Positions 9,660 to 19,276 of a stretch of 64,000 nt of DNA are shown here, one piece after another. Location: assembly GCA_041178345.1 (NCBI GenBank), contig JBEGVQ010000191.1:2823-66822 (forward strand), written 5' to 3'. Position numbers and translations under genes: made by a program. The stretch is from Acidobacteriota bacterium (lineage in GTDB: Bacteria > Acidobacteriota > Vicinamibacteria > Vicinamibacterales > UBA2999). The notes beneath the pieces are model-generated. The model saw only the letters and a list, made by a program, of their open reading frames with translations. It had not been told where the DNA came from and made no database searches. How positions within the stretch are numbered: the stretch's first letter is position 1; each line of letters starts with the position of its first letter.

Positions 9660-10741
9660 CTCAGCTTCAACGTGGTCAGGCTGAACAGGGCGAACAGGAT
9701 GGCGATGATCAGGAACCGGGTAATCACCTTGGGCTCGGCCCATCCGCTCAGCTCGAAGTGGTGGTGCAGCGGCGCCATCTTGAAGACGCGCTTGCCGCGC
9801 AGCTTGAACGACGCCACCTGGATCACGACCGAGGCGGCCTCGATCACGAACACGCCGCCGACGATCACGAGCAGCAACTCCTGTTTGATCAGGATCGCGA
9901 CGGTGGCGATCGCGCCGCCAAGGGCCAGCGAGCCGACGTCGCCCATGAAGATCTCGGCCGGGTGCGCGTTGTACCAGAGGAAGCCGAGGCTGGCGCCGAC
10001 CAGCGCGCCGCAGAAGATGGTCAACTCGCCCGCCGGCGCGAAGCGCACCAGCAGCAGGTACTCGGCAAACACGCGGTGGCCCGTGATGTACGCCAGCGCC
10101 GTGAACGCCGCCGCCGCCACCGCGAACGTGCTGATGGCCAGGCCGTCGAGGCCGTCGGTCAGGTTCACCGCGTTGCTCCAGGCCACCAGCACGAACGCGG
10201 CGAAGGGCACGTAGAACCAGCCGAGATCGGGAATCAGCTGCTTGAAGAACGGGAAGATCAAGCGCGTGTTGTAGAGGTTGCGATCGGCCAGCCACATCAG
10301 CACGAGGCCGACGATCAGGCCGACCAGCACCTGCAGGCCGAACTTGTAGCGCGGCGCCAGGCCGCCGGATGAACGCCGGGTGACCTTGAGGTAGTCATCG
10401 AGAAAGCCAATGCCACCGAAGGCCGCGGTCGTGACGACGGCGATCCAGATGTAGAGGTTGGTGAGGTCGGCCCACAGCAACGTGGGCACGAGCGCCGCCG
10501 CGAGGATCAACAGGCCGCCCATGGTCGGCGTGCCGGCCTTCGCGCGGTGCGATTCCGGTCCCTCCTGGCGGATGACCTGACCGACCTGAAACTCGCGCAG
10601 CCGGCGGATCAGCCACGGTCCCAGCACCAGGCTGACGACCAGCGCGGTCATGCTCGCCGCGGCCGTCCGGAACGTGATGTAGCGCGCCACGTTGAAGACA
10701 GGAATTTCCGGATACAGCGAGAGGAGGAGGTGATACAGCAT
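9656..10741 (-). CDS. mraY: Phospho-N-acetylmuramoyl-pentapeptide transferase
   Basis: 361 aa polytopic protein with NAVNLTDGLDGLA motif. Confidence 0.96.
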   Translation of the reverse strand: MLYHLLLSLYPEIPVFNVARYITFRTAAASMTALVVSLVLGPWLIRRLREFQVGQVIRQEGPESHRAKAGTPTMGGLLILAAALVPTLLWADLTNLYIWIAVVTTAAFGGIGFLDDYLKVTRRSSGGLAPRYKFGLQVLVGLIVGLVLMWLADRNLYNTRLIFPFFKQLIPDLGWFYVPFAAFVLVAWSNAVNLTDGLDGLAISTFAVAAAAFTALAYITGHRVFAEYLLLVRFAPAGELTIFCGALVGASLGFLWYNAHPAEIFMGDVGSLALGGAIATVAILIKQELLLVIVGGVFVIEAASVVIQVASFKLRGKRVFKMAPLHHHFELSGWAEPKVITRFLIIAILFALFSLTTLKLR

Positions 10742-12138
10742 TAGCTGAACACCGCCTTGAGCTGATCGACCACGAGATCGGTGCGCGTGCCGCGCGACCC
10801 CTTGACGAGCACCACGTCACCGGCCGCGACCTGACCCGGGATCGCCGCGGCGGCCTCGGTGCTGTTGTCGAAATGCCTCACCGTGCCCGCCGCCAGGCCG
10901 GCGGCGACCGCCGCCTCGCCGAGCGCGCGGGCAGAGGGGCCGCCGACAGTGAACAGGCGCGCCAGCCGGCTGGCGGCCGCAACGCGGCCGCATTCCTGAT
11001 GCAGCGACGCCGACAGCTCGCCCAGTTCCAGCATCTCGCCGACGACCGCGATCCGGCGCGTCGCCCACGAGCGCGAGACCACGTCCAGCGACTGCATGAG
11101 CGCCGACGGGCTCGAGTTGTAGGAATCGTCGATGACGGTCACGCCCGTCGGCAGCTTCAGCAGCGCGCCCCGCCTGGGCGAGGGCATCAGCCGTGACGCG
11201 GTGTCGACGATGTGATCGAGATCGACGTGCAGGTGCAGCGCCACCGCCGCGCCCGCCAGCACGTTCATCAGGTTTCCGCGGCCGAGCAACGGCACGCGCA
11301 GGTCGCGCTCGCCGGCCGGCGTGACCAGGCGGCTCTTGGTGCCGTCGAGCCCGAGGTCTTCGACGTCCACCGCCCGCACGTCGGCCCGCGCCGACAACCC
11401 GAATCGGATCTGGCGGCCGGGGAATGCGCCGGTTCGCGCCATCACCCGCTCGTCGTCGGCGTTGGCCACCAGCACGGCCTGCCCGCCGGCGCCTTCGAGA
11501 ATCTCGGCCTTGGCGTCGGCAATGCGATCGGCTGAACCGAAGTGACCGATGTGGGCTTCGCCGACATTGGTCCACACGCGCACCTCCGGCGCGGCCACGT
11601 CGACCAGCACCCGGATTTCGCCCGCGTGATTCATGCCCAGCTCCATCACCGCCACGTCCGCCCCATGCCTCAGTTCCAGCAACGACAGCGGCAACCCCAG
11701 GTGGTTGTTGAGGTTGCCCTGGTTCTTCACCACCCGGTGCGTGCTGCCGAGCAGCTCCGCGATCACGTCCTTGGTCGTGGTCTTGCCGGCACTGCCGGTA
11801 ATGGCCACGACCGTCGCTCCCGACTCGCGCCGCACGTGCCGCGCGAGGTCCTGCAGTCCGCGGGTGGTGTCGGCCACCTCGATGACGAACGACTCGCAGC
11901 CGTCCGGCAAGGTCACGGGCCGGCTGACCACCACGCCGGCCGCGCGCCGCCGCGCCGCCGCGGCGACAAACTCGTGACCGTCGCGCGCCGCGGCGATCGC
12001 GAAGAACAGGTCACCGGTCGCCAGCGTGCGGCTGTCGATCGAGAACCCGGTCACGTAGTGGTCGCGGTCACCAGCCACCAGGCGGCCGCCCATTGCCGCC
12101 GCCAGCGTGCCGGCCGCGAGCGGTATTGCGGCCGCCAC
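10741..12138 (-). CDS. murF: UDP-MurNAc-tripeptide--D-Ala-D-Ala ligase
   Basis: 465 aa with ITGSAGKTTTKD P-loop. dcw position. Confidence 0.93.
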   Translation of the reverse strand: MAAAIPLAAGTLAAAMGGRLVAGDRDHYVTGFSIDSRTLATGDLFFAIAAARDGHEFVAAAARRRAAGVVVSRPVTLPDGCESFVIEVADTTRGLQDLARHVRRESGATVVAITGSAGKTTTKDVIAELLGSTHRVVKNQGNLNNHLGLPLSLLELRHGADVAVMELGMNHAGEIRVLVDVAAPEVRVWTNVGEAHIGHFGSADRIADAKAEILEGAGGQAVLVANADDERVMARTGAFPGRQIRFGLSARADVRAVDVEDLGLDGTKSRLVTPAGERDLRVPLLGRGNLMNVLAGAAVALHLHVDLDHIVDTASRLMPSPRRGALLKLPTGVTVIDDSYNSSPSALMQSLDVVSRSWATRRIAVVGEMLELGELSASLHQECGRVAAASRLARLFTVGGPSARALGEAAVAAGLAAGTVRHFDNSTEAAAAIPGQVAAGDVVLVKGSRGTRTDLVVDQLKAVFS

Positions 12139-13649
12139 TACTTGCCCTTCGCGCCGGCGCGCCGCTTCGCCAACGCCGCTCGCGCCACCTCGCCGTCGTC
12201 GAACGGCAGCACCCGGTCGCCGATCTGCTGGTATTTCTCGTGCCCCTTGCCGGCGATCAGCACGACGTCGCCAGCTTCGGCCATGGCGATCGCGCGGCCG
12301 ATGGCCCCGGCGCGGTCAACCACCGACACCACCGTCGGGGTCCGCGACTGGCTGCCGGCGGAAATGCCGCGCTCGATCTCCTCGATGATTCGCTTCGGGT
12401 CTTCGCTGCGCGGGTTGTCTGATGTGATCACCACGACGTCGCTCAACCGGGCGGCGACCATGCCCATCAGCGGCCGCTTGGAGCGATCGCGATCGCCGCC
12501 GCAACCAAACACCGTGACCAGGCGGCGCGCCCCGAGTGGACGCGCGGTCTCGAGCAGGTTGCGCAGCGCGTCGTCGGTATGGGCGTAGTCGACCACCGCG
12601 GTCACATCGTCGCCGGCCGCCGAGACCACTTCGAAGCGGCCCGGCACGCCGGCCAGTCCGGCGACGCCGCGTTCGATGGCGTCGATCGGCACGCCCAGCG
12701 AGAGCGCGGTGGCCGTGGCGGCGAGGATGTTGTAGACGTTCGGCCGGCCGACCAGCTGCGACCGGATGTGGACCGTCCCTGTGGGCGTCGTCACGTCGCA
12801 CTGCAGGCCGGTGAGCGTCATCGCCACGGGGCCGGGCCGCACGTCCGCAGGCGCGGTGATGGCGTAGGTCACCGGCCGGCCGCAGATCTCGACCAGCGAG
12901 GCGCCACGCGGATCGTCGAGGTTGACGACGCCGGGAGCATCGCGCGGCAGCATCTCGAACAGGCGGCGCTTCGCGGCGAAGTACGCCTCCATGTCTTCGT
13001 GGAAGTCGAGGTGATCGCGAGTGAGGTTGCTGAACACGGCGGCCGCGAACTGCATGCCATCAACCCGCTTGAGCGACAACGCGTGCGACGACACTTCCAT
13101 GACCGCCGAGCGGTTGCCGTGGCTCAGCATCTCGCTCAGCAGTTGCTGGACGTCGGGTGCCTCGGGCGTGGTCCGCGAGGCCTCGCGGTCCTCGCCGCCG
13201 ATGCGATAGGCGACCGTGCCCAGCATGCCGGCGCGCAGGCCCGCTTCGTCGAGCATCGCGGTCAGCAGGTAGGCCGTGGTGGTCTTGCCATTGGTGCCGG
13301 TGACCCCGATCACCGGCATGCGGCGGCTCGGCTGGTCGAAGCAGCGATCCGCGAGCAGGGCCAGCGCCAGCCGCGCATCGCGCACCACGATCCACGGCAC
13401 GGCGACGCCGGCCGGCGCGGCGGCCTCGGCGACCACGGCTTGCGCGCCCCGGGCGATGGCTTGCCCGGCGAAGGCGACGCCGTCGGCCTTCTGTCCCTTG
13501 AGCGCCACGAACAGCGCCGCCGGCGCGACGCGCCGCGAGTCGTAGGCGATCGCCGCCAGCGGCCGGGCCAGCGCGGCGCCGGCCAGCCCGGCCGGCTGCG
13601 GCTCGACCAGCAACGCCCGCAAGGTGTCGATCGCGTCAGCGAGGGTCAC
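12138..13649 (-). CDS. murE: UDP-MurNAc-L-Ala-D-Glu--2,6-diaminopimelate ligase
   Basis: 503 aa with VTGTNGKTTTAYLL and TSDNPRSEDP (DNPR motif associated with meso-DAP-adding enzymes). Confidence 0.94.
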   Translation of the reverse strand: MTLADAIDTLRALLVEPQPAGLAGAALARPLAAIAYDSRRVAPAALFVALKGQKADGVAFAGQAIARGAQAVVAEAAAPAGVAVPWIVVRDARLALALLADRCFDQPSRRMPVIGVTGTNGKTTTAYLLTAMLDEAGLRAGMLGTVAYRIGGEDREASRTTPEAPDVQQLLSEMLSHGNRSAVMEVSSHALSLKRVDGMQFAAAVFSNLTRDHLDFHEDMEAYFAAKRRLFEMLPRDAPGVVNLDDPRGASLVEICGRPVTYAITAPADVRPGPVAMTLTGLQCDVTTPTGTVHIRSQLVGRPNVYNILAATATALSLGVPIDAIERGVAGLAGVPGRFEVVSAAGDDVTAVVDYAHTDDALRNLLETARPLGARRLVTVFGCGGDRDRSKRPLMGMVAARLSDVVVITSDNPRSEDPKRIIEEIERGISAGSQSRTPTVVSVVDRAGAIGRAIAMAEAGDVVLIAGKGHEKYQQIGDRVLPFDDGEVARAALAKRRAGAKGK

Positions 13650-15682
13650 CGCGGTTCTCCAATGCCCGAAGCCGGTCGCAGGGGCGGGCGGCGATTGAGG
13701 ATCAGGGAGCAGGCGCCGCCTGGCTCGATCGGGGAGCCCGGGGCGGGGTCCTGTTCGATGACCACGCCGGCGCCTTCCATGCGCGCGGTCAGACCCAGGC
13801 GGGCCAGTTCGCGAAGCGCGTCACGGGCGCTCAGGCCGCGCAGGTCGGGCAGGCCGCCGCCATCGGTCATGTTCGCCGTCATGGTCACGATCGACGGGGC
13901 CATCGGCGCCGCGGTGGTGGTCACCGGGTGGTCGTCGCGGCGGGCGACCAGCACCGGCGGCGGCTGATTGATGGTCGGGGTCACGCCCATCATCCGCAGG
14001 CTGGCGTCGGCAATGTGCTTGAAGATCGGCGCGGCGATTGCGCCACCGGTATCGCCGCCCACGCGCGGCGAATCGATCATCACGATCACGGTCATCACCG
14101 GGTTGCGCGACGGCACGAACCCGACGAACGAGACGTTCTGTTGTGACGCCGAGTAGCGGCCGTTGACCAGCTTGTCGGCGGTGCCGGTCTTGCCGGCGAC
14201 CGTGAAGTTGACCAGCCGGGCGGCCTTGGCGGTGCCGTTGGTGACGACACCTTCCATGATCGAAGTGAGCGTCGCCGCGGTTTCCGGAAGAATGGCGCGG
14301 CGCACGGCCTTGGGCGGCACCGGTGTGCGCACGCCGCCCTTGACGGTGGCCCGCACGACATGCGGTTCGTACAGCGTGCCGCCGTTGGCAATCACGCTCG
14401 CAGCGGCCGCCATCTGCAACGGCGTGACGCCGATCTGGTAACCCATCGACACCGACGCCAGCGCGCTGTCGTTCAGCTTCGAGGCGCTCCAGACAATGCC
14501 CGGGCTCTCGCCCGGAAAGTCGGGCGACGACGGGCGGCCAAAGCCAAAGCGGCGGATGTAGAGGCCCATCCGCTCGGGCCCCACCTGGAGGCCGACCTTG
14601 ATCGCGCCGACGTTGCTCGACTTGACGATCACGTCGGTGAACGACAGCGGAGCGGAGCGGTACATGTCGTTGATGACACGGCTGCCGAACCGGATCATGC
14701 CGGCGCTCACGTCGATGACGTCGTCGGGCGCCACGACCTTCTCTTCAATAGCCGCCGACGCGGTCACCAGCTTGAAGGTCGAGCCGGGCTCGTACAAGTC
14801 CTGCACGGCGCGGTTGCGCAGCGCCTCGCCGGCGCCGGCCCACTGGTTCGGGTTGAACGTCGGCCAGCTGGCCATGGCCAGGATCTCCCCGCTGTGCGGG
14901 TCGATCGCCACCACGGTGCCGCCATCGGCGCGGGCCGCCTGGACGCCGGCCCGCAATTCGCGCTCGATGACGAACTGCAGCTGTTCGTCGATGGTGAGTT
15001 CCAGCGAGCCGCCGGTCGTGGGCGGGCGATCGAGCCGGCTGAAGGCACGGCCGCGCGCGTCGGTCTGCACCAGCATGGTGCCCTCGCGGCCGCGCACGGT
15101 CTTGTCGTAGGTGGCTTCGAGGCCATGCAGGCCGGCGTTGTCGGTACCGACGTAGCCGAGCAGGTGGGCGGCGAGCTCGCGGTTCGGGTAGAACCGCTTG
15201 CTCTCTTTCATGAAGCCGATGCCCTTCAGCTCGAGCGCGGCCACCCGCTTGGCCTCGAGCGGCGTGGCCCGGCGCTTGACGTACTGGAACGAGGTCAGCG
15301 AGCCGTTCTTGCGCTTGCGGCCGAGGCGCTCGACCAGCTGCTCGCGTTCAGGCTTGCCGCATTGATCGAAGGCCGCGCACAACTGCGCGGCCGCGGCGGC
15401 GTGGTCGGCGATATCCGTGGGGACAGCGTAGATGGTGTCGGCATCGACGCTGTAGGCGAGCAGGCGGCCGTGGCGATCGACGATCTCGCCGCGCTTGCCG
15501 GGCGTCTTCTGGGTCTCCGACTGCTGGCGTTCGGCGCGCGCCGACAGCTCCTCGAACTGCACCACCTGAAGCACGATCAGGCGGACTTCAATGGCCACCA
15601 CCCAGCACGCCAGCACGCCGGCCGCCACCATGAGGCGGCGCCTGAGCACCGGACGCCAATTGAGGTCAGGCTGGGCGGCCAC
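13646..15682 (-). CDS. ftsI: Division transpeptidase FtsI (class B PBP) with C-terminal PASTA-like domain
   Basis: 678 aa with an N-terminal TM. Carries SxxK (GSTFK), SxN (KSSNVG) and KTG (GKTGTA). The tail LPDLRGLSARDALRELARLGLTARMEGAGVVIEQDPAPGSPIEPGGACSLIL looks like one PASTA repeat. Confidence 0.92.
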   Translation of the reverse strand: MAAQPDLNWRPVLRRRLMVAAGVLACWVVAIEVRLIVLQVVQFEELSARAERQQSETQKTPGKRGEIVDRHGRLLAYSVDADTIYAVPTDIADHAAAAAQLCAAFDQCGKPEREQLVERLGRKRKNGSLTSFQYVKRRATPLEAKRVAALELKGIGFMKESKRFYPNRELAAHLLGYVGTDNAGLHGLEATYDKTVRGREGTMLVQTDARGRAFSRLDRPPTTGGSLELTIDEQLQFVIERELRAGVQAARADGGTVVAIDPHSGEILAMASWPTFNPNQWAGAGEALRNRAVQDLYEPGSTFKLVTASAAIEEKVVAPDDVIDVSAGMIRFGSRVINDMYRSAPLSFTDVIVKSSNVGAIKVGLQVGPERMGLYIRRFGFGRPSSPDFPGESPGIVWSASKLNDSALASVSMGYQIGVTPLQMAAAASVIANGGTLYEPHVVRATVKGGVRTPVPPKAVRRAILPETAATLTSIMEGVVTNGTAKAARLVNFTVAGKTGTADKLVNGRYSASQQNVSFVGFVPSRNPVMTVIVMIDSPRVGGDTGGAIAAPIFKHIADASLRMMGVTPTINQPPPVLVARRDDHPVTTTAAPMAPSIVTMTANMTDGGGLPDLRGLSARDALRELARLGLTARMEGAGVVIEQDPAPGSPIEPGGACSLILNRRPPLRPASGIGEPR

Positions 15683-15697
15683 GGTTGCTCTCTGTCC

Positions 15698-16093
15698 TTA
15701 CCGGCTGGCGACGACGGAACGGTCGGGCGCCGGCGCCGGCAAGACCCGCTCCAGGACCACGGCTTCGGTATCGCCGGGGCTGACCATGCCGAGCCGCTCG
15801 GTGGCGAGTTTCTCGATGCGCTGCGGCGCGCGCAGCGTTTCCATCTCGAGCCGCAGGTGCCGGTTGATGTCGTTCTCGGCGGCGCGGTCGCGCTGCATCT
15901 GTTCAAGCCGGTAGCCGTGACGCAGCAGCTCGAAGTGCTGCCAGGCCGAGAACAGCAGCACCATGACCAGGACCACGCCGACCCCGAGCGACATCCACAG
16001 GTCGCGGAGGCGCCGTTCATCCACCTCGCGTACGATCTGGTTGTTGCGGAAGTCCTTGCGAATTTCGTATTCGAAGGTTCCTGTTTTGTCCAT
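15698..16093 (-). CDS. ftsL: Cell division protein FtsL-like (single TM + coiled coil)
   Basis: 131 aa with TM LGVGVVLVMVLLFSAW followed by a heptad-like region. Lies between rsmH and ftsI. Confidence 0.7.
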   Translation of the reverse strand: MDKTGTFEYEIRKDFRNNQIVREVDERRLRDLWMSLGVGVVLVMVLLFSAWQHFELLRHGYRLEQMQRDRAAENDINRHLRLEMETLRAPQRIEKLATERLGMVSPGDTEAVVLERVLPAPAPDRSVVASR

Positions 16094-16104
16094 CGCCCCT
16101 CCCG

Positions 16105-16998
16105 TTACCTGATTCGCACCGCCGCGCGCAGCTTGGCGCTGCGCGCCCGCGGGTTGACGGCCGACTCGGCATCGCCGGCAGTGACCGGGTGCTTGGTCAG
16201 CACCTTGATCGCCGCGGCCTCGCCCCGTGCCAGATCGCGCAACGTGTGTTTCACCACCCGGTCTTCGAGTGAGTGAAACGAGATCATCGCGAGCCGCCCC
16301 CCGGCCTGCAGCCGCGAGGCGGCCCGGCCGATAAACGAATCGAGTCCATCCAGTTCGCCGTTGACCCAGATGCGCAGCGCCTGGAAGGTGCGCGTTGCCG
16401 GGTCGATCCGCTGCCAGCCGCGTGCGGCCACGCCGCGCCGCACGATTTCCGCCAGCCGCCCCGTGGTCGTAATCGGCGACTGCCCGCGCGCCATGACGAT
16501 GGCGCGCGCCACCTGCCGCGACCGCCGTTCCTCGCCGAAGCGATAGATCACGTCGGCCAGTTCCGTTTCGTCGACCCGGTCGAGCAGGTCGGCGGCCGTC
16601 TCGCCGCGGCTGCGGTCCATCCGCATGTCCAGCGGCTCGTCGCGCTTGAAGCTGAAGCCGCGGCCATCCGCGTCCAGCTGCATCGACGACACGCCGAAGT
16701 CCGCGAGCAGGCCCGCGACCTCGGCCACTCCCTGCGCGTCGAGCACGTCCGCCACCTCGCGGTAGTCGGCATGCACGAACGTGACGCGGTCGCCGAACTC
16801 CGCCAGCGACTGCTTCGCGATCGCGATCGCATCGGTGTCGCGATCGATCCCGATCACGCGGGTCGCGCCGCTCTCGAGCAGCATGCGCGAGTGCCCGCCG
16901 AGACCGAGCGTGCAGTCGACGAACGTGCCACCGCGCCCGGGTTCGAGCAGCATCCGCACCTCGTCGAGCAGAACCGGAACGTGCGTTGCTCGCTCCAC
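16105..16998 (-). CDS. rsmH: 16S rRNA (cytosine1402-N4)-methyltransferase
   Basis: 297 aa with HVPVLLDEV, DCTLGLGGHS, DFGVSSMQLD and FHSLEDR motifs. Confidence 0.95.
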   Translation of the reverse strand: MERATHVPVLLDEVRMLLEPGRGGTFVDCTLGLGGHSRMLLESGATRVIGIDRDTDAIAIAKQSLAEFGDRVTFVHADYREVADVLDAQGVAEVAGLLADFGVSSMQLDADGRGFSFKRDEPLDMRMDRSRGETAADLLDRVDETELADVIYRFGEERRSRQVARAIVMARGQSPITTTGRLAEIVRRGVAARGWQRIDPATRTFQALRIWVNGELDGLDSFIGRAASRLQAGGRLAMISFHSLEDRVVKHTLRDLARGEAAAIKVLTKHPVTAGDAESAVNPRARSAKLRAAVRIR

Positions 16999-17439
16999 CT
17001 AGATCCCGAAATCGGACAGGGCGCGCGCGTCGTCATCGGTGAACGGCTCGGTGAGCAGCCGCGCGACGAAGCGCTCGTGATTCCAGACCTCGAGAAAGTT
17101 CTGTTGCCCCAGCACGTCGACTTCACCCGTCATGAGGGCGCTGTCGCGCAGCCGGGGCTGGATCAGGACGCGCCCTTGCGGGTCGAGTTCCGCGACCTGG
17201 CCGTAGAAGTTCACGCGGTCCAGGTATTTCTGCCGCGCGGGATGGGTGGAAGGCATCTGCCCGATGCGGCGCTCGATGTCGAGCCATACCGGCATTGGAT
17301 AGATGCGTACAGACTGCCCCGTCAGGCTCGTCACGAACAGTTCCGGGCCGTGATCCTTCTGAATCACGGCGCGAAAGCCGTTCGGGACCTTGAGCCGGCC
17401 CTTGTCATCAATTTTTGCCGGCGAGTTACCCCGGAGCAC
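16999..17439 (-). CDS. mraZ: Transcriptional regulator MraZ
   Basis: 146 aa with two SpoVT/AbrB-like halves (IDDKGRLKVP and LDPQGRVLIQP). GTG start at 17439. Confidence 0.93.
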   Translation of the reverse strand: MLRGNSPAKIDDKGRLKVPNGFRAVIQKDHGPELFVTSLTGQSVRIYPMPVWLDIERRIGQMPSTHPARQKYLDRVNFYGQVAELDPQGRVLIQPRLRDSALMTGEVDVLGQQNFLEVWNHERFVARLLTEPFTDDDARALSDFGI

Positions 17440-17447
17440 TTCTATTT

Positions 17448-17473
17448 CTCCACTTCACTCCACAAAAATCCAC
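17448..17473 (-). promoter_or_regulatory. Three direct GTGGA(G/T) repeats with 10-nt period (candidate MraZ operator)
   Basis: The minus strand reads GTGGAtttttGTGGAGtgaaGTGGAGaaatagaaGTG(start). The repeats are at 17473-17469, 17463-17459 and 17453-17449. Confidence 0.5.
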
Positions 17474-17477
17474 TCGG

Positions 17478-17506
17478 ATAGTAGACGGGCCTAAACGTCT
17501 TGTCAA
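17478..17506 (-). promoter_or_regulatory. Sigma70-like promoter of the dcw operon (Pmra)
   Basis: The minus strand reads TTGACA (17506-17501), a 17-nt spacer, then TACTAT (17483-17478). The predicted TSS is near 17471, inside the first GTGGA repeat. Confidence 0.5.
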
Positions 17507-17673
17507 CGCGCAAGTGCTTCAAATGATTAGCTGTCTATCGTTTACGCCTTTGTTTCGCCAACAAGACGAAGGTGTGTCATTTTTTTGACTACCACCGAAA
17601 GCGGACAAAGGGAGGGGCGGGACCGCATGCTACGATTGCCGGTTCCTGACCGGAAAGATTTTTTCTTCATCCG

Positions 17674-18534
17674 ATGGCCGAGCCCCAGAACGTCACCATC
17701 GTGGTCCCCGCCTTCAACGAGCGGGAGAGCATTGCCGCTGTCGTCACGAGCCTGCTCGCGGCGGCGCCCTGGCGCGAGGTGCTCGTGGTGGACGATGGGT
17801 CCACCGACGGGACGGGGACGGCGGCAGCCGCGGCCGGCGCTCGCGTCGTGACCCATCCCTACAACAAGGGCAACGGCGCCGCGGTGAAGTCGGCCATTCG
17901 CGCCGCCACCGGCGAGTGGCTGGTGGTCGTCGACGGCGACGGCCAGCACCGCGCGGCTGACGTGACGCGGCTCATCGCGCGACTGGGCGACTACGACCTG
18001 GTGATCGGCGCCCGCTCGGCCGACAGCCAGGCCACCACCGGCCGGCGGATCGGCAACGCGGTCCTCAACGGGCTGGCCACCTACCTCACCGAGCGGCCCA
18101 TCCCCGATCTCACCTCGGGATTCCGGGCGGCGCGGCGTGAGTTTCTGCTCGAGTTCATTCACCTGCTGCCGAACGGCTTCTCGACCCCGACAACCACCAC
18201 GCTCGCCTTCATCAAGGCCGGATACAATGTGGCGTTCGAGCCGGTCGGCGCGTTGCCGCGAGTCGGCACCTCGAAGATCCGGCTGGCCAGCGACGGCGCG
18301 AAGTTCCTGTTGATCTTGTTGAAGGTCATCACCATCTTCAGCCCGGTGAGGATTTTTGCCCCGGTCGGGGCCGCGGCGTTCGCGCTCGGCTCCGGGTACG
18401 GCCTCTGGAACTTTGCGTATCACGATCGCATTCCCAATGGCGCGGTGTTATTGCTGATGTTCTCGGTGATTGTCATGCTCGTCGGCCTGGTGTCGGAGCA
18501 GATCGCATCGCTGCGCTTCGAAGGGCGGCGATAG
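17674..18534 (+). CDS. GT2 glycosyltransferase with C-terminal TM helices (polyprenyl-phosphate sugar transferase-like)
   Basis: 286 aa with VVPAFNERESI, VDDGSTDGT and VVDGDGQH motifs, plus two C-terminal hydrophobic helices. Confidence 0.85.
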   Translation: MAEPQNVTIVVPAFNERESIAAVVTSLLAAAPWREVLVVDDGSTDGTGTAAAAAGARVVTHPYNKGNGAAVKSAIRAATGEWLVVVDGDGQHRAADVTRLIARLGDYDLVIGARSADSQATTGRRIGNAVLNGLATYLTERPIPDLTSGFRAARREFLLEFIHLLPNGFSTPTTTTLAFIKAGYNVAFEPVGALPRVGTSKIRLASDGAKFLLILLKVITIFSPVRIFAPVGAAAFALGSGYGLWNFAYHDRIPNGAVLLLMFSVIVMLVGLVSEQIASLRFEGRR

Positions 18535-18538
18535 CAGG

Positions 18539-19276
18539 ATGAAGACGCTGGTCCTGGTCCCGACCTACAACGAGCGGGAGAACCTGCCGATCCTCGTCGC
18601 CGACATCCTGGCGGTGCCGGGCACCGAGGTCATGGTGCTCGACGACCAGTCCCCTGACGGCACCGGCGCGGTCGCCGATGCGCTGGCGGCGCAGTATCCC
18701 GGGCGGGTGCGCGTGCTGCACCGCAGCGGCCAGCGCGGCCTGGGGGTCTCGTACCTGGAAGGGTTCCGCCACGCGATCGCCGGCGATGCCGACCTGGTCT
18801 GCCAGATGGACGCCGACCTCTCGCACGATCCGAAGTACCTGCCGGCGATGATCCAGCTGGCCGGCGGCGGCGCTGACCTGGTGATCGGTTCGCGGTACCT
18901 GAACGGCATCAGCGTCGTCAACTGGCCGCTGCGCCGCATCATCCTCAGCTCTTTCGCGAACTTCTACATCCGCACGGTCACCGGCCTGGGCCTGCGCGAC
19001 ATCACCACCGGCTATCGCTGCTGGCGGCGGACGTCGCTGGCCCGGCTGCCGCTCGACCAGATCGTGTCCGAGGGCTACGCCTTCCTGCTCGACGTCACGT
19101 TCATGGCGGCCGCCGCCGGCCTGCGCATTGTCGAATCGCCGATCATCTTCATCGAACGCCGCCAGGGGGCGTCGAAGCTGTCGAGCGGCGTGCTGCTCGA
19201 GTCGCTGATCACGCCCTGGAAGCTGATCCTCCGCCACGGCCGAATCAAGCCCCAGCGACCGGCGGGGGCGCCGTAG
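18539..19276 (+). CDS. GT2 glycosyltransferase, polyprenol-phosphate mannose synthase-like
   Basis: Start ATG 18539 (MKTLVLVPTYNERENL). Carries LDDQSPDGT and QMDADLSHDP, typical of the Dpm1/Ppm1 family. Confidence 0.85.
   Translation: MKTLVLVPTYNERENLPILVADILAVPGTEVMVLDDQSPDGTGAVADALAAQYPGRVRVLHRSGQRGLGVSYLEGFRHAIAGDADLVCQMDADLSHDPKYLPAMIQLAGGGADLVIGSRYLNGISVVNWPLRRIILSSFANFYIRTVTGLGLRDITTGYRCWRRTSLARLPLDQIVSEGYAFLLDVTFMAAAAGLRIVESPIIFIERRQGASKLSSGVLLESLITPWKLILRHGRIKPQRPAGAP

Noticed and set aside
8301-10295. 664-aa ORF suggesting a giant MurD.
   Set aside because: The N-terminal 212 residues are a shadow frame across mraY. The MurD homology starts at ATG 9659, which overlaps the mraY stop.
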